From Jimgerdemannia flammicorona (lineage: Eukaryota): 35,077 bases of DNA. The stretch spans positions 1 through 35,077 of the forward strand of contig RBNJ01000261.1 in assembly GCA_003990765.1 (NCBI GenBank), read 5' to 3'. The translations under genes were made by a program, and so were the position numbers. The notes under the pieces are model-generated. The model did no database searches. It saw only the letters and a program-made list of their open reading frames with translations, and was not told the origin of the DNA. Each line of letters begins with the position of its first letter. Within the stretch, counting starts at the first letter, position 1. Below are positions 23,552-35,077 of the stretch, piece after piece.

Positions 23552-24624
23552 GGGAGCCGGCTGGGTAGGGAGTAGGGTTTGTTGCCATGTCACATATACT
23601 TGACGGCTATTGTGTGGATTCGAAATGGGTGTTAACGGTGCGGGGTCAGGGAGCTGTGGTGCAATAGAGTATCATCTTTCACCTGTGCGAAATTCTTCTG
23701 TTTATCCATTTTGGATTTCTTTTCGTTTTTGGTATTTGTATCTTGATTCTGGTGCAGACTTTTTTAGACATATTCGAATACCTAGTCTCAACATAAGTAC
23801 TCGTATATATATACTCGTTGAAATTTTAAGTGTGCAAGCCACAACAAATTGATGACGTAAGCGCGGTGACGTAAGCATGATATTCTCCCTCCTCTTCTAC
23901 CATAAACCTTTCGAACGGCTCTTGAACTGTCACTACGACAGAGGTTCTCGCAAGATGATTTTCAACGTTGGTGTGATTACCCCGCCTGTATAAGGGACAG
24001 CGCCATAGATGTTTTCGTAGAAGAGATTTGATTAGAAATTTTGGTGAGGGAATAGAATTTTTCTCAGGTAACTGTTTCTGAGGGAAAATGACTCTGCCAA
24101 TAAATTATAAATGCTTTACAACTCATTCATTCTACATGTCGTCCGTTTGGAGATATCAAAGGACAAGTCTGGCCTTTTCGTTTTGCCTTTTACCCTATAC
24201 ATTTTGTAACGTCACAAAGGAGTCTTAAAAACACCTGTCCTATCTTTGAGGTTGTCGCATCAACGACGAGTGGATGCAAATCCCACCGGGACTGGAGAAG
24301 AGAAGCCTTAAAACAAGGAGCTAGGCACGGTGGAATGAGGGCTTTTTTTTTTTTTTTTTTTTTTTTTTTTGCAATGTGCCAAAACAGTTTACTATCACTT
24401 CCGTATTCTAATGATCCAGAGTCATCTACTTGACGTCCCCTTGCCCCCGAACCCCAAACCTAGTTCTCTACCTTCATGTTTCAAGCTAGAACCTCGGTGC
24501 CGCCGTCCCTGCGAGGCCAGATTATGGAGCGCCGTCCCGCAAAGAGTTTGTCCCCACAAAGAGATTCGGCAGCCGCCGTCCTCGGTTAGCTTGGATGCAG
24601 TGGGGGTTGCAATGGCAGAGCAGC

Positions 24625-25203
24625 CCACGCCACACCACCCACAATCTATCACCAAGCCGTCGACGCAACCGACGGCCATCGTGCCGCTCTACTCGTTCGA
24701 GCGGGCGGACGACTACGTGACGTCAAGTGGTCGTCCGCACACCGGCGCCGTCGACGGAGGGGGAAAGTTTGATTTGTGGAATTTGAACGCCGATACTGAG
24801 GTGTATGTTTAGGGCCATGTGATGGGACTAAGGTGGATGTGGGGAGTGAGGTATGGGTTTGTGGCGGATAGATATGAATGCAATTGCATGCTACATGCCA
24901 TAATATTCTTTCCGATTCACCCTCACCCAATCCCCAGATTCCAATCGTCAGCACCGGGCAAGGCACTCAACAAGATTAACTGGGACAAGGAGGGTAAGAC
25001 AACGATCCAACGACGGCAAGGTTTATGTCTATGATATCGGAGAGGTGAGTCAATCTGTATTATTATGATGATATTCTGGGAATGAGGAACTTATCATTCC
25101 GTGATCGGTTCTACCTAATCCATTAGATGGCGATCCCCAAAGCTGACGAGTGGAACCAGCAGCAAAAAAACATTGCGAAGGTGATCTCGAGTCGGGAAAT
25201 GAG
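24625..25203 (+). pseudogene. Duplicated, degenerate 3' end (last three exons with introns) of the dynein intermediate chain gene
   Basis: Reverse-complement match to ~11015-11655 including introns, and homology continues into the 3' UTR. It carries small frameshifting deletions, and the first acceptor CAG appears changed to CAA near 24643. Confidence 0.92.
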
Positions 25204-25764
25204 CACGTCGCCGCTTGTCCCAATACGTCGCCGCCTGTCCCATTGCTTCGCCACCGGCCGGCTCACCAGAGGCGGGCTTAAGTGCATCTTGGACATGACC
25301 CTCGAGCCAGGAAACCCCTTGTGGGTTTTGCAGTCCGGGATATTTGCACTCGTGTAGGATGGTGGGAATGAATGTTTTGTGTTGGTATTTTCATGTTGAG
25401 ATATGTGTATGTGTGGTGGGTGGTATTGTCTTTTTTTTTTTTTTCATAATGAGTAAATTAAATGTGATATTTAAAAATGATTATAGTTTAAAATTTATTA
25501 TAATAAAGATTAAGTTGAAATATGAAAGATATAATGATTTTTAATTTCTAAATTAATAGAAGAAGAAAATTAATTAAATTATTAATTTATAATATATTTT
25601 ATAATATATTAAAATAGTAAGTTGTTTGTTTGTTTGGTTACATATTTTAACCCTAAAGATAATTTTAATGATTTTAATTAAAATATTATTAATATTAAAA
25701 TAAATAATATAATATAATTTAAACTCTAATATAATAGTTATAATATATAAATAATCATTAAAAA

Positions 25765-26134
25765 TAGTGCTCTCAAATAAATTAAATTAATTTAAATTAA
25801 ACCAAATTAGAGTTGATTTAAATCAAATTGAATTAAGGATTTTTCAATTTGAATTGAATTGAGGTCTGACTCAATTTGATTTAAATCAAATTGAGGTTCA
25901 ATTCAATTCAAACTTAAGAGTCAAACTTTTGAAATATAATAACTTAACCAAAATATATCCAAATTTAATAATTTTTATTATACTAGATTCCCCTAGATAA
26001 GATGAATCTAATAAGCTATAATTTATCAAATTTAGATATGTTTTTATCAAGTTATTGAATTTTGAAAATTAAGCTTTGAATTGAAACTCAAATTGAATTA
26101 GATCTTAATTCAATTTAATTTATTCTGAGTACTA
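25765..26134. mobile_element. hAT-type MITE, copy 3
   Basis: Termini TAGTGCT...AGTACTA, homologous to copies 1 and 2. The 8-bp TSD is ATTAAAAA (25757-25764) / ATTAGAAA (26135-26142), differing by one transition. Confidence 0.85.
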
Positions 26135-26567
26135 ATTAGAAAAACTTAATAACTAAATCAAACTCTTAAAAATAATATATTTAAAATATATATTAATAAT
26201 CTAATCTTAGCTATGTATTATATTAACTTTAAAAATTAAAAAAAAAATTATAATAAAATTTTTATTTAGTTAATTATAATATATTATAATAGTAAAGTTA
26301 TATTTATATAATAAGTTTTAATCTTTTTATATAACTATATAAATATTTTATATAGTTCTGATATATATAATTAATATTATATATAATAGTTGTAAAAATG
26401 TATATATTTTATATTTTTCAAAATATCTTCAGATATTTTTTTCAAATTATATAAGAACAGTTCATATATCTTTATTAAATATTAATAAAGTTTGATCAAT
26501 TGTCTAATATAATATTTAAGATCAAAAATAAGAAATCTATCTACTTTCAATATTTTGGTTATATAGG

Positions 26568-28620
26568 TCAGCTATCATCTTGCTGATACTACCACCTGAA
26601 GATGAAAAGAGAATGAGTGAATATGTACAGATTGTGAACTTGGTTCCATCTTGTAGCTATATCAAATAGTTCACAGTTCAGAAATACCTTAGAATTCCAG
26701 CATGGTAAAGGTTGTGTTCTGCTTCCAAGACTCGGCTAGAGCGTGTTTTCCATTGTGGCTAATGTCATTGTCTGAAAATGAACAGGGGATAGATGAGCAA
26801 ACATGCACAGATCGTCATTGCGCAGCTACATACAATGTTTCACACAGTTCTGACATACTGAAGAGTTCCAGCTTGGTCAAGGTCGTGTTCTGCTTCAGGG
26901 ACTCCGCTAGGACGCATGCCCCCTCGTCGCCAATGTTGTTACTGAATATGAACAGGCCGGAAACGGGTTTCAAGGTTTCTCCTTCCATATGAGCCATCCA
27001 CTAGCATTGTATTGAGGTGTTCATGAACGAGTTCCTCAAGCGATGCATTGCGATGTTGTGGTAAGCCAACTGCATGGGCAAGGGATTCCAGACACAGCCC
27101 ATCCACGAGCCTGACGAGGTCGTGGAGCAACTGTGTGGTATTTGTCTTGTTCATCATCCTCCGCCTTACTTGAGCGTCAAGTTTTCCAATGAACAACTCG
27201 ACCCCATTGTCAATGTCTGAATCAGTCAAACCATTGAGATGTATCACGTTCTCCGCTGCATCCCACTCTAGAGGTTGATGTGACGTGGCAAGAATTCTCA
27301 CTGCGATTTCTGGTATCGATATAATCTTCTGAAGCCAGTCTACCAACTTTACGGCGTCCTCATCGCCTCTGACGTGTGCACGCTTCAAGACATCGGCTTG
27401 ATCGAGTATAAGCAAACTTGTCGGATAGGACTCGAATTTCTTGATGATAGCCCGTTCCAACGTGTGAAATTCACCGCCAAATTCTTCGCGGAATATAACT
27501 TGGCTCAGATATTGAAGATATTTAATGGCCGATATTGCGTGCGAAGGATCGAACTGCCAAACGAATATGCTACCGGGGAAGAGATGCGCCATCTGCCTGA
27601 CCGCCTTCTCAGCCAACGCCGTCTTGCCCTGACCGACAATGCCTTCAATGGTGCATATGAGATGAGACTGCATGCCACCATACGTCGCAGAATAGAGTAC
27701 AATTCGACAAGCTCCTTTTTGCGTCTACAAAAAGTGGAAGTTGCGGGGATTGCTTCGAGATTGTGGTGGGGCATATGTAATTCCACTCTGGGCAAACCCT
27801 CCTCACACTTGAATATGCCATAATCTACAAGACGAAGACGAGTAAAGAACCATGGTACCGGGGAGATAGTATTTTTGTCAGATGTCTTTGTGATCATAGA
27901 GAAACACACGCGCCCTCCACATCGCCATCTCCACCGTGAAACCACCGGCGAGGAACTTGTAGAAATTGGATTTGAACTTGCGGGCGAGGTCGCCCGGTAA
28001 CGAACAATACAAACCGATGGTGTGCGGAACACCCTGTTCGAACAGGATCCGGGCGACTTCGCGAGGATCGCAAGCAGACAGGAATGCAAGCCTGCACTAT
28101 TCTGGTTATTCCCAAGAGTTGTGGCAGGTTAACGAATTCCGGCTTACCGGTCTCGGTATGTTCAAAGACTAGTGCTCTCGCACCGTTCTTTGTGTCACAG
28201 TGTCCCATGAAATGAAGTGCCGTAGCTGACTGAGGGTTGTTCATGAGCAATGTGTCCATTCGGCCGACGGTGGGAACACGCGCTCCAATATTACTTTTTT
28301 GTTGTTGAGGTAGTGTTCGTTAATGAAGTTCTGGAATTGATCGCTCAAATGCAGATCTGGGAGGCTAGCATCAACGTCGTCTGGCGGGGAGATAGGGTCC
28401 GGTACGATGGCGACAATGCGCAGCGGAAGATTCGGCAGCTGGAGTCCCTTTGGTTTTTGAACTCTTGCGAACATGCATTGGTGAACCAGATATGCATTGT
28501 TTCCCCACGCATATTCCCAGGGGATGGCGTCGAGGTCATGGTCGCCGTTGAGTTCGAGCAAGACACAACCGGTAGGGTTAGGGGATATTATCTGCTGCAG
28601 TCGCTGCTATGACGTAGATT
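26568..28620 (-). pseudogene. NLR-like pseudogene CHAT + NB-ARC + LRR (copy B, internally deleted)
   Basis: Motifs: LDAIPWEY, HFMGHC (28197-28214), LAFLSAC (Cys codon 28070-28072), GIVGQGKT and LLILDQAD. It then joins directly at ~26955 to the LRR exon NNIGDEGACVLAESLKQNTTLTKLEL. Several frameshifts are present and the 5' limit is uncertain. Confidence 0.85.
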
Positions 28621-29087
28621 CTGTGTGCCCCCTCATTGTCGCACTTTGAATACTTTAACATTTGATATGAGGCTTCTGTTACGGGGGATGAATGTCCTGC
28701 TCCTCACAACACATATAGGTCGTTTGACTCAGACTGGCAGCTGTATGGCCATTCTGAGAAATATGTCGGTGTCTGAAAAAGTCTATCGCCTCTCAAGTCC
28801 CTAATATACGCGGATTCCTCTGATAACGTTTGAATGCAATAGTTCATATCTGCCTTTATTATCTCCCACACTATCTATTATTTATACAACTTTTCCTGAC
28901 TAATATTATGAAATATGCAATGGTCGCCGCGTAAGCCCATAAGGAATGTCAACTGAATACGTGCCTTACATTTTCGGTTTGTAACAGGCAAATTTTTAAT
29001 TTCTTTGGCAAACCTATTTTCTATTGTAATTATATACCAGAATTATATATATATAACTGATTTTACTAAATAGTATATAACTAGATC

Positions 29088-29342
29088 TTTTTTTTTTTTT
29101 TTTTTTTTAACAGACCCAAAGCTCTGTGGAATTTTATTAGAAGAGAACCTAGACTAAATAGGCCAAAAACCTCTCTCATCTCTACCCCAAGTACTACTCT
29201 CCTATTGTTCTTAGACTGTAGAGAGAATCAGCAGTCTCACTATCCCAGTTATATAAGAACAGTGTTTCATATTCTCATCTCAACAATATATAAACCAGAC
29301 TATGGAATTCACTAAAGTTAGATTATCAGTAGAAAACTAAGA
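29088..29342 (-). mobile_element. Probable 5'-truncated poly(A)-tailed retroelement fragment
   Basis: A T run at 29088-29108 is followed by about 235 bp of CpG-free sequence. It is flanked by the imperfect direct repeat AGTATATA..ACT(A/G)GATC (~29072-29087, ~29344-29362). Confidence 0.45.
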
Positions 29343-29362
29343 GAGTATATATATACTGGATC

Positions 29363-31940
29363 TTTTTTTTTTTTTTTTATAGTTACTTGGACTTTGCCAT
29401 TTATTACCAGTCTATACATAAAATTACATTATCTCCTCCCACTACCCAATCTCTATAGGGGAGCCCCCCCCCACCTCTTTATGCTTAAAAATCATCCTAT
29501 CCCCTATGATTCCAACTCTCCCCCCACTCTGTCCATAGATTCTCTTTACTAAATAATACTGCTAACCCTCCTGTAGTCTCCAACCAAGCCACCAGCTCAT
29601 CAGAATATCCTCCATCAATCCTTCCCATCACAACAGTCATACCCCCAGATCCAGATACTTCTCTTTCTCAAAAACAAACAATCAGTAACCTGCTAACCTC
29701 ACTCATATAGCCAGTACTCACTCTAAAGTAAGCCACTCCTTCCCAACCCCTCTCATCAATCTATCCTACAAATTCTCCTACCAACCTCTCACACTATCCC
29801 CCCTCCTCACAATACCCAGTTGTTTTCCAACTACTATCCAGAAGTTACTAAACACTTTGCACTCTCCTAGCCAATGTTCAGGTATCTGTACAAAACTCTC
29901 TTTCTGTCCAATATTGTAACACTCCTTACAGTCAAAGTTTTCTCCTTCTACTAAGTGGCCAGAGTGAAAGTTGAGCATAATATTCCTCTTTAATATATAC
30001 CATCAGATCACTCAATACTTCAATAGCAGCTACTGTCTAACCTCAGCACTCTAGGCCCAGACCCTATTCCAGTCCCACTCTTCTCTGATACCTACTGACT
30101 GCTATTTACTGGGTCATAGATCCTACCCCAATCCCCTCTGATACTCAACTCTATTACCAATATTGAAGTTACTGAGAGAGATACCCTCTAGTAATACTCA
30201 GTCTCATTTCCACATTGCTGAGCCCCAAGGTATTTCTCCTTCATCTCTCTATCAACAAATATCAATATGGTATACCCCATCTATGACTCTCTACTAGAAG
30301 TCCTTAAACTGTATATACTCATTGTTCTGAAGCCCAACTAAGAACAGAAGATCTCTTATAGAGTCTCTTGGTAAGAACCTTATCTTCCAGACCTTCTTCA
30401 TCAGGGGAACCCAGCTGTTACTCCTCAGCTCTATAGTTCTCTTTAGCCACTATACTCTCAGACAGTGCAATCTCTTCAGAAAGTTAACCAGCCCAAGTCT
30501 CCCTCTAGATACTAACAAAGATAAGATTTCCTAGCTAATCTGACTCCTTCTCTCAGTCCAGATCTACCCCTTGGCCAGTTTCAACAGCTGCTTCACCACT
30601 CAGGCTAGGAAGTTTAGATGATAAGCCAAATACTACAACTTCAGCAACCAGTAAGCATTCAAGATGGAAATACACCCTGCCAGAGATAAGTAATAGCCTT
30701 CCCAACTCTATAAGGCCTCCTCCCAGATAAAAACCCACTGCTCTCACTAGATTTTTGGTAAAACTGACCTATACACTGAGAGATAGATGCCCAAGTACCT
30801 TATTGCCTCCCTAGCAGAGACAATTGTTCTGATGACATCTCTCCCACCAGGCTATTACCCAGCACCATTGTTTCACACTTATGCCAATTAAGTTTAGTCC
30901 CAGAATGTACCTCATATCACTCTATAGTCTCCTTGAGTTTCTCAACATCAACTAAGCCTAGACCAACCACCATATCATCTGCAAAGGCACCCACTTTCCA
31001 CTCAATACTGAATATCAAAAGCTCTCCTATCTTTCACTGAATTCTATCCAATAAAGGCTCCAAGGAGAGTGCATACAGAATGGGGGACAGTGGGTCTCCC
31101 TGGAGAACACCTCTGTCTAGAGGGAAAGCCACCCCTTGATATACATTATACATAAGTGCTACTCTGCTCCCTTTCAGTAAGCTGATCATTACTACTTAGA
31201 ACTATTGAGAGATGCCAATCTGATCTAGTATCTTTGCCAACCAGACTCTCTGAATATAGTCATATGTCTTTTTCTGATCTAAGAAGACCAGGCACTCATC
31301 TAGTCCACAGGCTCTTGTCTCTTCAATAATACTGTACACCCAAGCTATATCATCCCAAATGAGCCAGCCCCCAATAAAGCCCTGCTACTCCTCCCCTAAG
31401 ACCTGTTGGGCTACCTTCTGCAGTCTTGCTACCACTACCTTAGTGACCAACTTCCTGTCTATGTCCAGTAGCATGATCAGCCTCCAGTTCTTCCAGTCCT
31501 CCCTCCTACTCTTGTTTTTATACAGCAGTATCACCAGCTCCAGATCCTGCTCACCTATCCATCTTCTGGACTATAGTACTAAGTTACAAAGTACTCTCAA
31601 CTCTCTCAGTATACTGGGGATATACACCATCTTCTTCCAGAAATCCCAGAGCAGGCCATTCTCCCCTAGAGTCATACTCAGTATAGTCATAGCAAGAATC
31701 TGGTAAATCTCCTCCTCCTGCACTGGTAACACCAGATCACTCAACTCTTCTGCCTATAGTAGATGCCACTCCTTCAAAGCCTGATCAATGGTGGCAGTAT
31801 CAGCTCCACCCTCCTCCTCACTCTACAAATCACTCCATCTCTTCTTCAATGATCTGAGAATGTCTTATATATTATATACTAATAGTCTCTCAGAATTGAG
31901 AACCCCCTCCCACCTCTGCTGAACCCTCCTTACCCTAAGA
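29363..31940 (-). mobile_element. Decayed non-LTR retrotransposon (LINE, L1/Tx1-like RT), 5'-truncated
   Basis: Poly(A) tail (T run 29363-29378). RT motifs on the minus strand: NWRLIMLLDIDRKLVTK (~31440-31492), GVLQGDPLSPILY (~31073-31111), AFADD (~30974-30988) and YLG (~30789-30797). Many stop codons. Confidence 0.9.
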
Positions 31941-31945
31941 GCTCT

Positions 31946-32309
31946 CATAAGAAACTTAGAGGGCCTCTCTCCTTCTTCCAGCCCCTGCCAATGAAAATGT
32001 AAGAGGGTTGCTTTTTAGAGTAACTGTTACATAGTTCAGGAAGGGTTTTCTGGAAGTTCTGGATATTCTGGAAGACTGTTTTCTTATGGTCAAGATCAAT
32101 TTTGTATGGAGTACATCCTCTACACTTATTGATTTCAAGATCAGGTTGACATCTCAACCAAAGTCCTTTTTCGGACTAGTTCTGGATATTCAGGATTTTC
32201 CATATTTCAGGAAGTTCAAGAAACTAAGACCAGCTTTTGAATCGGCATACTGCTGCAGACAATACCCAATTAGGAAATTTCGTGATAGAGTTAGGAGTGG
32301 GACCTAACA
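31946..32309 (+). mobile_element. Probable solo or partial LTR of a different retrotransposon
   Basis: A noncoding block between the LINE and the chromovirus LTR, with short internal repeats (TTCTGGAAG/TTCTGGATA) and ending ...CCTAACA. The 5' TG end and a TSD were not identified. Confidence 0.4.
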
Positions 32310-33906
32310 GGGAGTGAATTTACTTAAGAGTGGTTTGTGGGTTATTAAATAGGTTTATTCACTATTCATAATATTACTATACTAGGAGTATTTGTGTGAG
32401 GGGATATTGTGGGGAAGTATTCAGGAATGTTCTTGTGTGTTTGAGTCTGAGATTCTGAGGTCTGGGGGAGTAGATATTTATACTAGTGAGGGGCTATCTA
32501 GACTATACTAAATAGGGATGTAGCACTAAGTGCTTTATTGAGTTGGAATGCAGTCACATAGTATAAGTGTGATCTGACATGTCAAGAGATCATCTGACTA
32601 CTGAGTCAGTTCACAGTCATGTCGTATAAGGCTAATCTAACTATACTATGACTGCTAGGCTATTTATAGGTTTAGGCACTGTCTGGATAGTCCTCAATGA
32701 TATCACCATCAATTGCATCATCTCTGATGAAGTAGTCATCCAGGAAAAGTGGTTTGTAGATTACTTCTTCTTGTTCGCTGAGGTAATAATACATTGGAAC
32801 TTTGTCTCTATCTCATAGAATAGCATCATCTGTCTCATAGACTGGATAAGGTGTTGGTGGATGAAGAAGGGGTGCATCATCTTCACTTTCATCAGATTCG
32901 CTATCTGCATACCTTCTGTAGGTTACAGCACTATGAGTCGCAGGGTTATAGTAAGCTGGTGGCTGTGGTTCATATCGCTTATACTTGGGTAGTGGAGTGG
33001 TTGGTTCGATGTCAAGGGTTGTCTGGAGATACAGGTTATGTTCTCTGGTCTCTTCATTGTAGTTGAAGTAATTGGGGGTGAATGCAGGTTGGTATTCATG
33101 CCAGTGGTCATTGTCTTCTGCTTCATCTTTATTGAAGTGGATTATATTGTAGATGTCCTTCATGGCATATCCAACTTGGGGCATTTGTAGGATATGATCA
33201 TTGGGGTGTGGGAAGGTTCTGTCTGTGGTTTCAACATACTCGAGATACTTGTAGTTGAGTTCTTATATCATGTCATCGATTTGGCCATAGGATAGGGTAG
33301 CAATCATTTCGCTGATGATAACTCGGAGGCGGGGAATAATGGTACTATACTCATAAAAGAGTTCTCGATGTTTGCGAGCAATGAGCTTCTGGTGTTGAGA
33401 CATCTCAGTGATGTCTGTATTATGGTAGTGTTTGACCATGTCTTCTAGGAGGTAGCTGATCTGGTAGTAGCTTAAGATTTGTCTAATTCGGTGGGCCTCG
33501 CTAAGCATGTTCAGAGCATTCCAATGGGCTTCCACGAAGTAGAGGGGTGCTAGGCTATGGATATTCATGAGAGGCAGAGGGGGTGTGGCTCAGTTGACAA
33601 TGGCATTCCAAATATCAGCGCAGATGTGGGTATAGATCTTAGTGGTCATGTTTGTATGTTTGGAAGTTGTGGTTGTTATTTTGTTTTAGTTCTCTGATTT
33701 GACGTATTTTGGTGCTCGGTATATATGTATTTGATCCTGATTGGTAAGATTCTATTTATATAGATCTTGTGTTCTGTGACTTTGTATTGACTTAGCTTCA
33801 TGTACTGTGACTTTGGTTTGACTCAGCTTCGTGATCAAGCAGGTGATTTTCAGATTTGTTCAGAGGTCACATGTGATTTCAGTGGCTTGGAGGTTGTATG
33901 CTTACA
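32310..33906 (-). mobile_element. Long (>=1.6 kb) 3' LTR of a Ty3/gypsy chromovirus
   Basis: Begins TGTAAG immediately after a polypurine tract. It has TATAAATA boxes (~33752-33760, ~32661-32668, ~32475-32482) and AATAAA (~32353-32358) on the minus strand. The distal CA end is not seen. Confidence 0.7.
32672..33649 (-). pseudogene. Decayed ~325-codon ORF of unknown function inside the LTR
   Basis: A single frame runs from ATG 33649 to TAA 32672-32674 with no frameshift. It is broken only by TGA 33590-33592, TAA 33263-33265 and TGA 32813-32815. The track ORFs 33263-33568 and 32813-33184 are parts of it. Confidence 0.7.
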
Positions 33907-33920
33907 ACTCTCCCCTTCTT
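33907..33920 (-). other. Polypurine tract (plus-strand primer) of the LTR retrotransposon
   Basis: AAGAAGGGGAGAGT on the minus strand, directly before the LTR start TGTAAG. Confidence 0.75.
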
Positions 33921-34326
33921 AGCTTTCGACGTCCTCATCGGGGCCTTCTAATTTTGTTCTAGTGTTGTTATACTATTTGGGAGATCAAAATTCTGGTAAA
34001 ATCCATTTTTCTCAGAAAGTGGCATGCTTGTAGTACAGTTGCCTAATGCATTGGATTCACATATTAAAGGGTTGTGTATTCAATACCATGCACCGGAAGT
34101 GATTCTGACATCATTTACTGCTGGAGAATTTCCTCTAAGGAATCTTCTTAAATGTCTACACCTTGTTTCCCACCAGTGGTACAGGGAGAATAGGCTTGCT
34201 TTCAGTTTTGCTATTTTTCCAGAGGTTTGGTATTCTTGTCTTGTTTTACTGAGTTCTTGGTTTACGATAATTAATATTCAAGAGATATAATATATAGTAT
34301 ATATGGATAGGTGTGGGGTATTGGTT

Positions 34327-35077
34327 TTAGTTGTTCAAGGAATCATATTCCTGAACTAAGTCGGTAGCATTCTGGAGGTTAGTCTTGGGTTCCCAGGTTG
34401 CATTGTGGATTGGATAACCTTTCCATTTGACAAGGTACTCAGGGTGGCTCTTGTTGCCACATTTGTTGAGGATTTGTTCAACTTCGTACTCTTCTTAGTC
34501 ATTAATAATGACAGGTGCAGGTGGTTTGGTGGTCCAGTTTGGGAATAGCTCATCATCATTCTCATTGTATCACTTGAGACATTGAATATTAAAGACTGGG
34601 TGAATCTTAATGGTGTCTGATAGTGCCAATTTGTAAGAGGTTGGAGAAACTTGTGCAATGACTTTAAATGGTCCAATGAACTTACTGTTCAGCTTTGTAG
34701 ATAGTCTATGCTTGAGGTTGTCAACTCAGTATCCTCTAATGTCTAGTAGAATCTTTTCTCCAATATCAAAGATTTCTTCTCGGCGGTGTTAGTTAATATA
34801 CTATGACTGTTGTTCTTGGGCTCATGATAAATTCTCAATTGCGATCTGGTTTATATTATGCATTCAGAGTAAGAATTCTTCAACAGTTTCAACTATGGAG
34901 AGTTCTTCAATGGTTCAGATGAGTGTCAAAGGGGTGTTTGGGTTTTGTCTAGTATTGGCGAAGAATGGGGTCATTCCAAGAGAGGCTTGCTTGCTATTGT
35001 TATAGGCAAACTCAACTGCAGTGAGGTGTTCATGCCAGTCATCTTGTCTGTAGGAAACATAGTTTCTTAGCATTTGT
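34327..35077 (-). mobile_element. Ty3/gypsy pol 3' end: integrase + GPY/F motif + chromodomain (decayed; runs off the window)
   Basis: QMLRNYVSYRQDDWHEHLTAVEFAYNNSKQASLGMTPFF, KFIGPFKV and EYEVEQILNK...EYLVKWKGYPIHNATWEPKTNL, with internal stops. Confidence 0.93.

Noticed and set aside
24183..24194. TTGCCTTTTACC matching U5 snRNA loop I
   Set aside because: The flanks cannot form the closing stem and no well-placed Sm site follows.

Overview
Intron-containing eukaryotic DNA, most likely from an early-diverging fungus (Mucoromycota, possibly Endogonales; this is inferred from gene and repeat style, not searched). A GC-richer core at ~11.0-23.6 kb holds five intact genes: cytoplasmic dynein intermediate chain (-), a type II membrane glycosyltransferase-like gene (+), a small secreted CBM21-like gene (-), ribosomal protein S27 (+) and a Tom20/MAS20-SET/MYND fusion (+). 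The core is bracketed by an inverted segmental duplication (~4.5-11.65 kb vs ~24.6-28.6 kb). Each arm carries a decayed NLR-like gene combining a caspase-like CHAT protease, an NB-ARC (STAND) ATPase and ribonuclease-inhibitor-type LRRs encoded about one repeat per exon; this is the most unusual system in the window. The flanks are transition-mutated repeat DNA: Tc1 remnants, three copies of a hAT-type MITE with 8-bp TSDs, a LINE RT fragment, and a Ty3/gypsy chromovirus 3' end whose ~1.6-kb LTR contains a decayed ~325-codon accessory ORF. Exon limits were read by eye, and coordinates marked ~ are approximate.
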